The notes beneath the pieces were generated by a model. It saw nothing but the letters and a program-made list of their open reading frames with translations, searched no databases and had not been told where the DNA came from. Of a stretch of 64,000 bases of DNA, positions 37,710 through 51,489 are shown piece after piece. The position numbers and the translations under genes were made by a program. Positions within the stretch are counted from its first letter, which is position 1, and every line of letters begins with the position of its first letter. Source of the DNA: Felis catus (Eukaryota); the NCBI RefSeq assembly GCF_018350175.1, contig NC_058383.1:10604001-10668000 (forward strand), given 5' to 3'.

Positions 37710-38410
37710 TATTTCAGAGTGGTTTTGGGTTTTCAGAAAATTAAGCAGATAATCCAGAGAGTTCCCATATACCCCCTTCCTTCCCTGGCACACAGTTTCC
37801 CCCCTTATTAACACCTTACATGAATGTGGTACATTTATTACAATTAATGAGCCAGTATCAATACATTAGCATCAATTAAAGGCCATAGTCTGCATTAAGT
37901 TTCCCCTTTTATGTTCAAACAGTGTTATGGCTGCTGACAAATGCATGTCATGTAGCCACCATTTCAGTATCCTACAGAGTAATTTCACCTCCTTAAAAAT
38001 CACTTGTGCCCGCCTTACTCATCCCTCCTCCCTCCTCCTCCCCATCCAGTCCCAAGCAACCACTAATCTTTGTATTCTCTCTCTCTTTTTCTTATTTTTA
38101 ATGTTTATTTATTTTTGAGAGAGAGAGAGTGTGTCTGAGTGGGGGAGGGACAGAGAGAGAGGGAGACACAGAATCGGAAACAGGCTCCAGGCTCTGAGCA
38201 GTCAGCATACAGCCCAACTCGGGCTTGAACTCATGGACCACGACGAGATCATGATCGGAGCCGAAGTCAGAGGCTCAACCGACTGAGCCACCCAGGAGCC
38301 CCTAATCTTTGTGTTTTTTCCACCACTTTGCCTTCTCCAGAACGTCATATAGTTGGAATCCTACGGCATGTAGCCTTTTCAGACTGGTTTCTTTCACTTA
38401 GTAATATGCA
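37710..38410 (-). mobile_element. L1M 3' end relic with SINE insert (38095-38302)
   Basis: agagagttcccatataccc, tttattacaattaatgagcca, ccagaacgtcatatagttggaatc, ctttcacttagtaatatgca. Confidence 0.8.
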
Positions 38411-38844
38411 CTGCAGATTTTTGTTTTAATGTTTGTTTATTTGGGGGAGACAGAGTGCCAGTGGGGAGGGGCAGAGTGGGGAGGAGGACAGAAGATCTGA
38501 GCGGGCTCTGTGCTGACACCAGAGAGCCTGAGACAGGGCTGGAACTCACCAACCTGAGCTGAAGTAGGACACTTAAGTGTAGGGGCCCATAGATTTTTTT
38601 TTTTTTTTTTTTTAATATCCATAGAAACTTCTGTCATGAGTAATGGAGACCTTATAGGTTGGTTGAATATTCCACATTCTTATCCAATCCTGCTCCTTCC
38701 AAAGATGTGGCAATTTCTGGAAAATGACACAAATTTCTTCCTTAATTATAATTAGAGACAGATTCAGGTTGATGCCTGGACTTGCTTCTTGGAACTTCAG
38801 AGTTGTTTTCTTTTCCCCTTAGCCCTTCTGATGTCTTCCCTTCA

Positions 38845-40046
38845 TCTGGGTCCTTTCCTTTTTCTTTTTGATCAAACTGGCTAGAGGTTTATCCATTTTT
38901 TAAATTCTTTCAAAGAACCAGCTTCTGGGTTCCTTGATCTGTTCTACCGTTTTTTTTTTTTTTTTTTTTTTTTTTGGTTTCAATAGCATTAACTTCTGCC
39001 CTAATCTTTATTATTTCCTGTCTTCTGCTGGTTTTGGGTTTTATTTGCTGCACGTTTTCCAGCTCCTTAAGGTGGAAGGTTAGGTCGTGTATCTGAGACC
39101 TTTCTTCCTTCTTTAGGAAGGCCTGGATCGCTATATACTTTCCTCTTAGGACCGCCTTTGCTGCGTCCCAGAGGTTTGGGGCTGTGATGTTATCATTTTC
39201 ATCGGCTTCCATGTACTTTTCAATTTCCTCTTTTACTTCTTGGTTAGCCCATTCATCCTTTAGTAGGATGTTCTTTAGTCTCCAAGTATTTGTTACCTTT
39301 CCAAATGTTTTTCTTGTGGTTGATTTCGAGTTTCATAGCGTTGTGGTCTGAACATATGATCTCCGTCTTTTTGTACTTGTTGAGGGCTGTTTTGTGTCCC
39401 GGTATGTGGTCTATTCTGGAGAACGTTCCATGTGCCCTGGAGAAGAACGTATATTCCTCTGCTTTAGGATGAGATGTTCTGAATATATCTGTTAAGTCCA
39501 TCTGGTCCAGTGTGTCATTTAAAGCCATTGTTTCCTTGTTGATTTTCTGATCAGACGATCTGTCCATTGTTGTAAGTGGGGTGTTGAAGTCCCCTACTCT
39601 TATGGTATTGTTATCGATGAGTTTCTTTGTTTGTGATTAATTGATTTATATATCCAGGTACTTCCACATTTGGAGTATAAATGTTTATGATTGTTAGGTC
39701 TTCTTGGTGGATAGACCCCTTAATTATGATACAATGCCATTCTTTACCTCTTGTCACAATCTTTATTTTAATTTTTTTTTAAAAATTTTTTTTTCAACGT
39801 TTTTATTTTATTTTTGGGACAGAGAGAGACAGAGCATGAACGGGGGAGGGGCAGAGAGAGAGGGAGACACAGAATCGGAAACAGGCTCCAGGCTCCGAGC
39901 CGTCAGCCCAGAGCCCGACGCGGGGCTTGAACTCACAGACCGCGAGATCGTGACCTGGCTGAAGTCGGACGCTTAACCGACTGCGCCATCCAGGGGCCCC
40001 ACAATCTTTATTTTAAAGTCTAGATTGTCTGATATAAGTATGGCTA
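38845..40046 (-). mobile_element. Carnivore LINE-1 internal ORF2 fragment (endonuclease C-terminal half and linker), degenerate, split by a SINE (39772-39999)
   Basis: Translations YTFFSRAHGTFSRIDH, SDHNAMKLEIN and NLWDAAKAVLRGKYIA are hallmark L1 ORF2p; SINE TSD cacaatctttattttaa. Confidence 0.95.
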
Positions 40047-41679
40047 TGACGCTTTCCCTTCAAAAAATTTCTTCACCAACCTTTTTTTCTCATCTATTTT
40101 AGCCTCTCCCTTGGTCTTATTGTCTCTTCTGCCCACTCTGTAAAACTTCAATTGGAGAGAATATTGGACCGGGTGACAGGAACCCTGACAGATTATCACG
40201 GATGATTAGCTAAGTGGCCCTGGGTTAGGGAGACATTTAAAAAAATTTTTCTAATTAACATTTTTTAACGTTTATTCATTTTTGAGAGACAGAGAGTGAG
40301 CGGGGGAGGGGCAGAAAGAGAGAGAGGGGGAGACACAGAATCCGAAGCAGGCTCCAGGCTCTGAGCTGTCAGCACAGAGCCCGACGCGGGGCTCGAACTC
40401 ACAAACTGCGAGATCATGACCTGAGCTGAAGTTGGACACTCAGCCGACTGAGCCACCCGGGCAATTAGGGAGAAATTTTGTTTCTTTGGACACTGCGTGT
40501 TTTTCCTATGCCATGCGTGTGCGAGAAGCCATTTCCTGTGACATTTTATTCAGTCTCTTACAAACATTAGTGAAGAAATCCTTATTCCTGTGTTTAATAC
40601 GTGAGAGAACCACCATGAGGCCATGAACCACTTGCACGAAGCCAGGCAGCCAGCAAGTGTCTCCGGGGGGATTTGAACCCAGGTCACCAGGAGGGACCAG
40701 GGCTGTAAACCTCCTCTTCTTCCTCGGGCAGGAGTTAATTTTCATTTTGATCCGAATACAAAAAAAATGTCCCACATTTCCCTGGCTTTCACGGTGGCGT
40801 AACAGTGTCAGTAACCTGAAGAAACACTTTTTATGGGAAAGAAAGTTCTGGTTTAGGAACTGCTGACCTAAAACCAAACAGGAAATCGAGCATTCCCGGC
40901 TTAAATGGACCATCTGGGAATCTACTAGGATCAGCCGTGCCGCGGGCCTGGCAGTTCGCTTCAGCCTGGGCTCAGAGGAGAGAGGAGGTGGGCTCAAGGC
41001 TGCAAACGGGCCTGGGTCCTTCTGCCCTACCAAGGGCTGGAAGTCAAGGTGCAGGGGTGGGCGACATCCAGGCTGGAGCTCAGGGCACAGGAGAGAGAAG
41101 GAGCCAGAGGGTGCAACCCCCATGCGGATGGGGAGGCAGTGCTCTGGGAGGGGGCTGATCTCAGGGCGTTTGCCTGGCTGGGGCCGGGAGGCTCTGGCAA
41201 TGCACTGGAATGTTCTGTCTCAGGGAGCCCTGTCTCTTGACTCCCGGCCTCTGGTGGAAATCCCTGGCAATCCCCGCTCTGAGAGAGCATAGTTACTCCT
41301 ACAGAGTGCTCACAGCATCCCAGGTGCCGTGGGAACTCTAGAGAAAATGCTATCTCCTTTTGCTCACCCAGAGAGGGAAACTGAGGCACAGCGCAGTGAA
41401 GGTCGTTGTCCAAGGTCGTGCAGACTGTAAGTGGCAGCAAATGGGGGAACAGGGATGAGGGTTCTCAAATGTCTGGGGCCTCCATCTGGTTGGCAATTAG
41501 TTTTCTTTAAGGACCGAATTGGCCCGGTAGTGGGGTGGGCATTCTGTGAGGGGTACATACGTGACTTCTTTTAAATAAAGAGCCATGTGGCTGAAACGTA
41601 AACTGAACCTCTCTGATTTAAACCGTGAAGAACATGATGATGAATGTGACTACGTTCATATTAAAATCTTCTGTCCGTT

Positions 41680-43660
41680 GGGCGCCTGGGTGGCTCAGTC
41701 GGTTAAAGCATCCGACTCTTGATTTCGGCTCAGGACATGATCTCACGGTTCATGAGTTCGAGCCTCGCTTGGGGCTCCATACTGCTTGGGATTCTCTCTC
41801 CCTCTCTCTCTGCCCCTCCTTACTTGCTCACTCTCTCTCTCAAAATAAATAAATAAACATTAAAAAAAAAAACAGGGGCGCCTGGGGGGCTCAGTTGGTT
41901 GAGTGTCCAACTCGTGATCTTGGCTCGGGTCGTGATCTCACGGTTTGTGGGTTCGAGTCCCGTGTGGGGCTCTTCGCTGACAGTGTGGAGCCTGCTTCAG
42001 ATTCTCTCCCTCCCTTTCTCTCTCTGCCCCTCCTCCGATTGTGTGTGCATGTGGGTACTCTCTCTCTCTCTCTCAAAATAAGTAAATAAACATTAAAAAA
42101 TTAAAAAAAACAAAACAAAGTAAAAAAACCAAACTGCTGTCAGTTCACAGACACGATGATAAGCCACAAAGCAGGAGAAATACTGGCAATTTTTCCAACC
42201 GGTAGAGGAATAACGTCCAGGACGTTTAAAAAATCCTGCAAATCGTTAAGGAAAAAGACCAAACAACCCAATAGAAAATGGGTTGTGGGTGACTGTTTCA
42301 TGGAAGAGGAGACTCCCGCCACCCACGAAGTTTTAAGAGATGCCCAACCCCGCCCATAATCAGGTTTTGTTTGTTCGTGTTGTCTTTCTACAACAGCCAG
42401 ACGGGCCACCGTGAAAAGATCTGAGAATACACAGTGTCATCGTGGATACTGGACAAAAGGAACTTAGATTTTGCTGTGAGAAGGTTAAATCACTACCAGC
42501 ACTTTCGAAAACAATTTGACATTATCGTGTGGAGGGGAAGGCGGACGTTCCCCAAGATTCTGGAATTTCCCACCTAGACGTGCCCCCCGGGCCGCCTGTG
42601 CGGTGAGTAACACAGGACGGGGACAGAAACAGCAAAAACAGAACAAATCTAGGGGCGCCTGGGTGACCCAGTTGTTAAGTGTCCTGCTCTTGATTTTTTT
42701 TTTTTAATGTTTATTTATTTTTGAGAGAGAGAACACAGCGGGAGAGGAGCAGAGAGAGAGGGGGACAGATGACCCAAAGCGGGCTCCACACTGACAGCAG
42801 TGAGCCCAGCATTGGGCTTGAACTCGCGAACTGCAAGATTGTGTTATGAGTGCAAGTCTGATGCTTAACTGACTGAGCCACCCACACTTCCCCTGACTCT
42901 TAATTTCTGCTCAGGTCACGATCTCATGGTTCGTGATTCCGAGCCCCGTGTCGGGGGCTCTACGCTGACAGCACAGAGCCTGCTTGGGATTCTCTCTCTC
43001 TCCCTCTCTCTCTGCCCCTCCCCGTTCTCTCTCTCTCTCTCTCAAAATAAATAAACTTAAGAAAAAAAAAAAAAAAGAAAACCCAGAACAAATCTAAACA
43101 AGAACCCAAACTGGAAGCAAACTAAAGGTCCGTCAGGAGGAGAACGGGCGAGTACTTGAGGGACGGCACGTAAGGGGACGCTCGGTGGTCCCCCAATTTA
43201 TGTGGACAAATCCGCCAAAAATCATATCGAGCAACACAGGGAGCCCACAGAAGAATACCTCCAGCAGTTACACATGGGCAGAAAGCCCACAAACCTAACA
43301 GCATTGTTGAGGGGCAAGGCAAAGCCAAGGGAGGGAAACCAAATTCAAGAAAGCCTGCCTTTGGGGGGGGGACAGGATGGAGAGGTTCCTGGAGAGGATG
43401 CAAAGGCAGTGGGAACATTTTATTTCGTAAGCCTGGTGTTTTTTATTTTATTTTATTTTTTAATTTTACTTATTTTTGAGAAAGAGAGAGAGAGTGTGAG
43501 CAGGTCAGGGGCAGAGAGAGAGAGAGAATCTGAGGCAGGCTCCAGGCTCTGAGCGGTCAGCACAGAGCCCGACGAGGAGCTTGAAGCCACGAACCGTGAG
43601 ATCATGACCTGGGCCTGATCAAGAGTCGGACACTTAACCAATGGAGCCACCCAGGGGCCC
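41680..43660. mobile_element. CAN-SINEs (tandem and nested) within an old L1ME-like relic (42140-43420)
   Basis: SINE motifs; aaacaacccaatagaaaatggg and actttcgaaaacaatttgacatta are L1M-like. Confidence 0.8.
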
Positions 43661-45271
43661 CAGTGCACGATGTTTCGTAATAAAAACTGAAAACAGTTTA
43701 CTCCCCACATGCTTATGAACCAAGGACCGGGATGGTTGGGGAGAAACCTGCCCAAAATCACACAGGGAGTTGGGGGCAGAGCCCCAGGATTCCACCTCCA
43801 GCAGGACACTGATCTAGAGACCCCCCCCCACTACCACTACCCTGATCTTGGGTCCCTGGCTCCACATCAGCACCGCCCCTCCCCGCACTGGGCTGGAGCC
43901 CTCTCACCCGTGCAGGGCACCAGCCCCGGGACCCTGTGGAGCTTGGCTAAACGAGGAAAAGGAACTGCATTGCCGTGGTCGGGAAACTGAGGCAGGGGCC
44001 GTTCGTGTCTTGCACAGAGCCCCAAGGAAGTTTCATGCAGAGGCTCTCCAGCTCTCCAGGCTGGGGGAGGAGAGGAACCAGCTTGCTGATGACATTCACA
44101 GACACCCTCCCTCCTGCCAGAGAAGAAAAGCTTGTTTCGGCCGCTTCCCCTGTCCCTTGCCACATCCTTGATCAGCGCTGATCCGCTCCGGACTACCTTC
44201 TCTGCTTCTGCCCCTCCTACCCCACCAACATGAAAGGACAGACACCAGTCATTCCCATTTCGCAGACAAGAAGACTGAGGCTGGGCCATGAGGCCCTCGT
44301 CCAGGGTCACATCATGGCTACATCCATGTTACTGCATCGCTACCACAGCGCCGGAGGGATACCCAACGGGGTGCTCCCCACACCCGATCTGGACCCTCCC
44401 CCCCCCCGCCCCGAAGCATCCCTGTTTGGGGAACCGCTTTTCTTTGGGTCCAGCCTCCGTTCCTGAGTCAGGGAGCTCTGTGCCCAGAGAATGGGATTCT
44501 AACGCGACACCCCTTCAGGAGCTGGGAGAATGCGGATTGTCAGGGCAGGGCAGCAGGCTTGGAAAAACAAGGGTGTCCTTGTCCCCGCCTGCCGGGCTGG
44601 GCTAATTACTGCCCGGACCCCTGGGAGCTTTCTTAGGCAGCTGGAGCCCACCCTTCACCCGAACTGCGGGGAGCAAAACCCTCCCCCGTCTACAGGCATC
44701 AGGGGCTGGGGGGCTTCCTCTTGCTGAGAGGAGCTGGGAGCCCAGAGCGTTGCGGGGGGGGTCCCATCCTCGATGATGTTCTTTTTCGCAGCCCAGTCCC
44801 TGCCAGGGATGCCAGGCATGCCAGTGACCTTGCCTGTCTGTCCACAGGGCCTCTGCCCCAGCCCCTTGTCCTTGACCGCCATGTTCCTCCTCCTAGGAGG
44901 CCTAGGGAGCCAGGCTTCAGGCCTAAAATTCATGTCCTTCCCCTGCTTAGAACCCTTCAGGGCTCCCTGTTGCCCTTAGAAAAAAGTCCACCTCCGCAGC
45001 CCTGCCCTTATGAGGCCCTCGCTGGCCAGGCCGGCCGCCCCTCGGCCCTCATCTGAGCCCTGGTTTCCATGTGTCCCTGCCTCCTGAGCGCCTCAAGATT
45101 CCTCCCAATGTCACCCTGAGGCTGCCCCCGCTGCCTGCCACCCACTTATCCTGGGAGACACATCCAGGCTGTCACCTCCTCCAGGAAGCTGCCTTTGAGA
45201 ATCAGATGCAGCCCGAAGCATCCTGCCCATAATTCCGTCAGAGCTCCTATTATTTTATACCTTGTGTACCT

Positions 45272-45725
45272 GGGGGCACCTGGGTGGCTCAGGCGGTTAA
45301 GCGGCCGACTTCAGCTCGGGTCATGATCTCACGGTTCGTGGGTTCGAGCCCCGCGTCGGGCTCTGTGCTGACAGCTCAGAGCCTGGAGCCTGCTTCAGAT
45401 TCTGTGTCTCTCTCTCTCTTTCTCTCTCTGCCCCTCCTCTGCTCACGCTCTGTCTCTCTGTCTCTCAAAAATGCATAAACGTTGGGGCTCCTGGGTGGTT
45501 CCGTCGGTTGGGCGTCCGACATCGGCTCAGGTCATGATCTCACAGTTTGTGGGTTCGAGCCCCATGTCGGGCTCTGTGCTGACGGCTCGGAGCCTGGAGC
45601 CTGCTTCAGATCCCGTGTCTCCTTCTCTCTCTGCCCCTCCCCACTTGTGCTCTGTCTCTCAAAAATAGATAAAAAGTGTAAAAAAAAATTTTCTTTTTAA
45701 AATGCATAAACGTTAAAAAACATTT
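45272..45725 (+). mobile_element. Two CAN-SINEs, the second inserted in the tail of the first
   Basis: TSD aaaatgcataaacgtt on both sides of the second copy. Confidence 0.92.
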
Positions 45726-48700
45726 TATACTACATACACCTGTGTATGCAGAGCAATTTCGTAGCCACACGCCGGGCGGAAAAGGGGCCACAGGATTTAA
45801 AGAAGTAAAAGGGGTTTTGTTGCTGGGCCAACTGCATTTGAATGAGAGTTGTAGTTTTTGTATTTTATACACACCTGGACCACATCTGTGGGATGAAGGG
45901 GCCACAGGGTAAGCTGTAGAGAAAGGGACTGCGATTTTGAAGAGGGCCAGTGGCTTTCCTGATGGTGCTTTGCCTAATGGTACTTTATCTCTGCTGCTGC
46001 AAAACTGGGCTTGGACAGATGACCTCCTCGCTTCTCCCCAAACATCTGGCTCACAGACACGGTGGCGGAGGGGGGCTGGGGGGGGGCGCGTAACGACATC
46101 CAAGGCTCAGAGGGGCCCCGGAAGGCAGGGGGGAAATGGAAGGATGTGCGAGCGGGTCTAAGAAAAGCCAGACCGGGCAGTGCAATTCCATTAGGAAAGC
46201 AAGATGTCTGAGAACACCAGGATGGGGGTGGGACCAGGAAAGTCACCGCCCTGGGCCCTCCAAGCTGGAGTGTGCACCCTCCACAGGACACCGGTCCCAA
46301 ACGTTCCGGGAACGGCTGTCAACTTTGGCCACGTGTTCCCCCATCAGCAGCAAAGTGAACAGAACAAGAGTTTTCCAGAAAGCTAGAGGTACTTAAAGGG
46401 CCGTCCTTTATTCCAAAAGGATGCTCTCACCTTTTCCTGGTGCCCAAACACCCTTTCTTACAGGAAATGGTGACAGCACATTTCCCAGTGGCTTTTCGTG
46501 GTGAAGTAACAAACGGGTAACATTCCTGCCGGTCTCCGGTTTCGTGTTTTTGGCGCGGGTGATGGGTGATCGGTATGACTTCTCCGAAGAACTCAAAGGG
46601 ACCCAAAGGAGACGTCCCCTTGGACCCGGGCCACTTGTGAGGGGGTGGGCAAGCCCTGGTAGGGGGGGGGGGAGTAAAGGCCAGTGGGCAGTGTCCCAGG
46701 GAGAAAGACACTGGCGGTCTCCCCAGGCAAGAGGCTCGCAGAAACACAGAATAAACACGCCCCCAGGGTGTGACGCGAGGCCCAGATGTCCACACTTGGG
46801 GACAAGGAGGAGGAGAGAGGAATGAGGAATAACAGCTGTGAAGGCTGGAAACCAAGGGACTGCCCAGGGGCCCTGCAGCCAGCACCTTCCAGAAACTTTC
46901 CTCGGCAAGAGGAGACCAGGCGGCTGGCCCAGCTTGGGACCCAAGTAACTCCAGGAGGAGTGGAGGCCTGAGGCACCTGGGACCTCTTCTCCGCCTCATC
47001 AGGAACCACCCAGCAGCAAAGCCCTGAGACAGGCATTTCCCTGACTCTTGGTGAGTACTGATGTCGTCCTCCCACGAGGGGTGGCCTGTGCCCTCCTCGT
47101 TCCCCCATTCCCAAAGTCCCTCCCACCCCCTGCATTGGAGAAGCCCATTCGGGAGTCACCCAAGGAAAAGCAACTCACCTCATCAGGCGCCCCTGCTGTC
47201 CCTTCAGTCTCTACTTTGTCCGAGGGGCAGGAAGTGCGGACACTAAAACATCAAGTCTGGGCCCCGGGGGCCCTGGGTTCCACACAGCGCCGCTCCCTAC
47301 GTGCCCTGTGAACCTGTGTCAGACGCTCGTCTGTAAAGGGGGCCAGAAACAGACCCTGCTCCCGGGGCATCCTGAGGACGACACGAGTTTACAGGCTCTC
47401 AGTTGCTTAGACCCATGCACGGCATACAGTAAGCGGTAGAGAGAGCACACAGTAGGCCCTCAGCAGGTGCACATGGAACTGGCACATTGCATGCAGAGGT
47501 CCCTCTCAGTGTGGCTCTGAGGGACCGGTTTCCCAGGCTGCCTGCTGCGGGTCACAAGGCCGGAAGGTGGCAGAGCTCACATCGGAGTTCAAGGTGGCCT
47601 CTCTCTGCTCTCTCTACGCCCAGCACTGAAGCCCGGAGGCCTGGCCAACCTTGCACCCAGGAGCTGTGTGGCCTTGGGCCTGTCCCTTAACCTCTCTGTG
47701 ACTCGTTTTCCTCCTCTCTAAATACAACGGCCAGACCACATATGAAAATGAAGCGACCCACAATTTGCACCCTGCGGTCCGGGAAGACAAATGATTAACC
47801 CCCCTAGTGATGGGCCCCAGATGGGCTGGACTCCGTCAGTAACTGCCAGCTTCCTGAATCTTTGCCTCCACTGCCAGCTTAGGACCAGCCAGAAAAAGCC
47901 TCACCGACGTTCCCCTCACCAGTCACAGTGGTGACATACATCCCGATCCAAGTTATCCTGCCTGCAGCTTCCCTGTGCTAACAGCCTCCCATCCAGACAT
48001 CTTCCCTTTTGCCCACTCTGAGGCTCTCCTGCCCCCTGCCCGCCTGGAGTCTTTGCAAAAACACGAGTGATGGGGCGGACTCCTTTACTATATAGCTCTG
48101 GAGAAACTCCCTTTGCTCGTTCTCCTCCAAGGGGTCCCTCTTCCTTTATTTCTGCAACCCAAGCACAGTTCTTCGCTTGAAATCTACTCAGTAGATCATC
48201 AGTACTCAGCAATGCCAGCTTTTTGTTCACTCGGCCAGCCTTGGTTTACCATCTGTCCTCAGGAAATCAGGGAGGCCGCCCGGACAAAGCCCCCAGAACT
48301 TGGAAACCCCCAACAGAGAGAAGCACTCCAGTCTCCAGTAGCTGCTGGGCTCCTGACACTAAGGGGCCGTATCAGCCCGGAGGGAGGTGCCGTGATTCTC
48401 TGGGAGGGAAGGCAAAGAAAGTCCACGTGTTTGCAAGACAGGGTGTGGCCTTCAGAGGGATGGCCTCAGCTGATATCTCCATGGTGATGTCACTCCCAGC
48501 CCGAGGCTGCCGAGACAGCATCCAAACAATCATTTTTTTGTGTTTTTAGCAGAAACACAACATCCAAAACAATCATCTTAACAGAAGCGGGTTGGGGTTT
48601 AAATTTCTTTTGTTAGTTAAGTAACACATGTTGATTGTAGAAAGATAACAGAAAAGGGGAGAGAAATATCTCCGAGATCCCTCTCCCTCCCCTCCAAAGC

Positions 48701-50264
48701 CCACCAGGGTTCCCAGTTTTTCCCTCTGTAGGTGACAAGGTTGAAAGTCTACCACACCCAGGGTTTTATGATGTGATTAAAAGAAAAAAAAATTGAAGTA
48801 TACTTAACTTCACGGGATTATGTCAGTTTCAGGTGTCTGTGACATGCATTTTTCAACTGACCTAAATATAGGACCGTTGTTACAAATTCCTAGTAGAATA
48901 AGCAATTCAGAGGCTGTAAAATATTCCATCACGACCGATGTGGTGTTGATCCTCAAGATCCAAACAGTAAAAAGTGCAGCAGAGAGGCAGCAACCTGCCG
49001 GGCAGTCCGGCCTCCCTTGGCTCTGCCCTGGCCCCCCTCTTACTCCCAATGTGCTCTTCCTATGAAAGCCCCCCCCCCCACCTACCCCTCCTCCCCCCAC
49101 CCCGTCCTGTGGGCTGCCAGTCAGGGCCAGTGTCAGCAAGAAAATGGCCAAATCAGCGCTTTCTGGGGAGACAAAGCCCTGCCTGAGAGGTCAGCTGGGA
49201 GGGCTCTCCTCCCCTGGTCCTCACCCCCCACACCAGCCCCACCCCAGGCCTGATGCCCCGGGGCATCTTGCCCAGCTCCTCCCTATACATCTACAGCGTT
49301 CACTTGGCTGCCGGAAGCAGCAAACCCCAATCCAAGCTCCCGGGAGAGAGAAAGTATCTTTTCTCATCTAGAACAAGCGTGGCAGCAGTAAGGGCAGAAG
49401 GTGGTGCTGGCCCAGGTGAGTTGCCCCTTTGCAACTCCACCCTCGGAGTCCGAGGCTGAGGAAGCTAGTACTCTGTGTGCACTGTTGGTCTGAATAGCAC
49501 TGGGGGCTGTAACTGAGGGAGGGGCTGGTGGGAGGGGGGTCAGGGGTGGGTGGAAGGCAAGAGGGGGTGAACGAACCCCGACAGGCACAGGGGAGCTCAA
49601 ATGCATCACAGCAGGACCTTGTGACCTGGATAAATCCCTGCCTCTCTTTATTATTATTATTATTATTATTCCTGCCTTTTTTTTTTTTTTTTTGAAGGAG
49701 AGAGAGAGACAGAGCATGAGTGGGGGAGGAGCAGAGAGAGAGGAAGACACAGAATCCGAAACAGGCTCCAGGCTCCAAGCTGTCAGCACAGAGCCTGACG
49801 CGGGGCTCGAACCCACAAACTGCGAGATCATGACCTGAGGTGAAGTCGGACGCCCAACCAGCTGAGCCACCCAGGCGCCCCTCCTGCCTCTCTTTAGACC
49901 TCAGTTTATCCACCTGTGGAAGGAGGGGTCGGACTAAATGGTTTAGTTTCCAACAGGGAACCTTCTTGGTCTATTTCTGGTGGGTTGATGTCCTGGGAAC
50001 TTTGGCCATTTTCCTGGTTCCAGAAGCTGTATGTGTCAAAGAAGGGAGAAGTGCCCCCAGAATACAGGTGCCATTTGATCTGGGCCAGAAACCCACTCAT
50101 TTGGGTAAATCATACTCTTTACTACACCCTGCCCCCCGCCCCCCTGATGCACTCACCCCCATCTTTTCTGAGCTCTCTACCCTAGAACCTGGGTGTACAG
50201 ACCAGGTGGGGATCCAAGGGGGTCTGTGAATTGCCTGAACCTGTCTGCAAAACTCTGTGTGTAT

Positions 50265-50278
50265 ATGTGTGTGCATGA

Positions 50279-50310
<32 letters not shown>

Positions 50311-50312
50311 AC
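50265..50312. repeat. (GT)n microsatellite
   Basis: Directly visible. Confidence 0.95.
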
Positions 50313-51489
50313 ACGTGTATGTGCATGCATGTATTGTACATTTCTGGGAGATCCTCCCCAGGGTTCAAAGTTTCGAAGGCCTGCGTGTCCTTAAAAGCTT
50401 GGGAAACCTCTGGCCTTGGGGCGCCTGGAGGCTCAGTGGGTTAAGCATCCAACTCTTGATTTCGGCTCAGGTCATGATCTCGTGATTTGCGAGTTCAAGT
50501 CCCACACTGGGCTCTGCGCTGACAACATGGAGCCTGCTTGGGAGTCTCTCTCTCCCTCTCTCTCTCTGTCTCTCCCCTGCTTGCACATGTGTGCTCTCTC
50601 TTTCTCAAAATAAATAAATAGACATTAAAAAAAACCCTTAAGAGGTTAACTCATTTCTCAAAGATGATGGATACCAGAGCAGTGGAGGGATGGTGGTGGT
50701 AACTGAACCAATTCATTCATTCAGGTGTCGTTGTCTACCCTCGGCTAGGCACAGGACTGGGTGCCTTAGGGGACATGAAGAAGACTGCCTGGTGCCCGCC
50801 TGTCCTCCTTGGAGTCAGTGTCACTGTGTGGACCACAACCTTCTTCCACACACCCACCTTCTCATGCTCAAGGGAAATGGAGGTGAATTTGAGCTGGGCT
50901 TTGAAAGGGAAGGATGATTTGTCAAATAGAGAAGGGGACAAGGGCATTACAGGTAGAACTAAGGGCAATGGCTCCGAAGTTAGCTTATCAAGGCCGGGGA
51001 AGGTGGCACAGAGGCACAGAGGCCAGTCACAGTGCAAGCACCTATGGGTGTCGGGAGTCCGATATTTCTTGCTCCTGGGCTGCCACTTAACCTCTGCCCC
51101 CTCCCCCCCCGGGGTGTGTGGGGGGGTGCTGGCAGCTGTGTCAACTCCTCTGATACCCCAGGAGACGGGTCTTACTCCGGGGAGGAGGGTGTAATATTCG
51201 TCTGGGTCTTGAGTATCACTTTTTCCAATAACAAGTTGGGAGTGTATCACCAAGACCCCCGTGCCTTCCACCCCCCCGCCCCCCTGCCTTGGCCTCAGGA
51301 CAGCTCAGTAAGACCTGGAGTTCTCAGCTCGGCTCTACCGGCTACATCATCCCCTCCTCATCAGTTCCTGTCCAGTTCAAATGTCACCTCCTCCGTGAAG
51401 CCTTCCGGGGAAGCCTCTCCCCATCTCTCCCAGCATCTCGAGTTTGCATCTCTCCCAATGGTCTGACACAGCCTCGTGAGCCGAGCATC

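Noticed and set aside
24300..51400. Possible captured retroviral env gene in the RFC2-CLIP2 interval (I recall mouse syncytin-A mapping near here)
   Set aside because: No long ORF and no env hallmarks (CXXC, furin site, immunosuppressive domain, CX6CC) in the ORF track; no proviral LTR pair seen.
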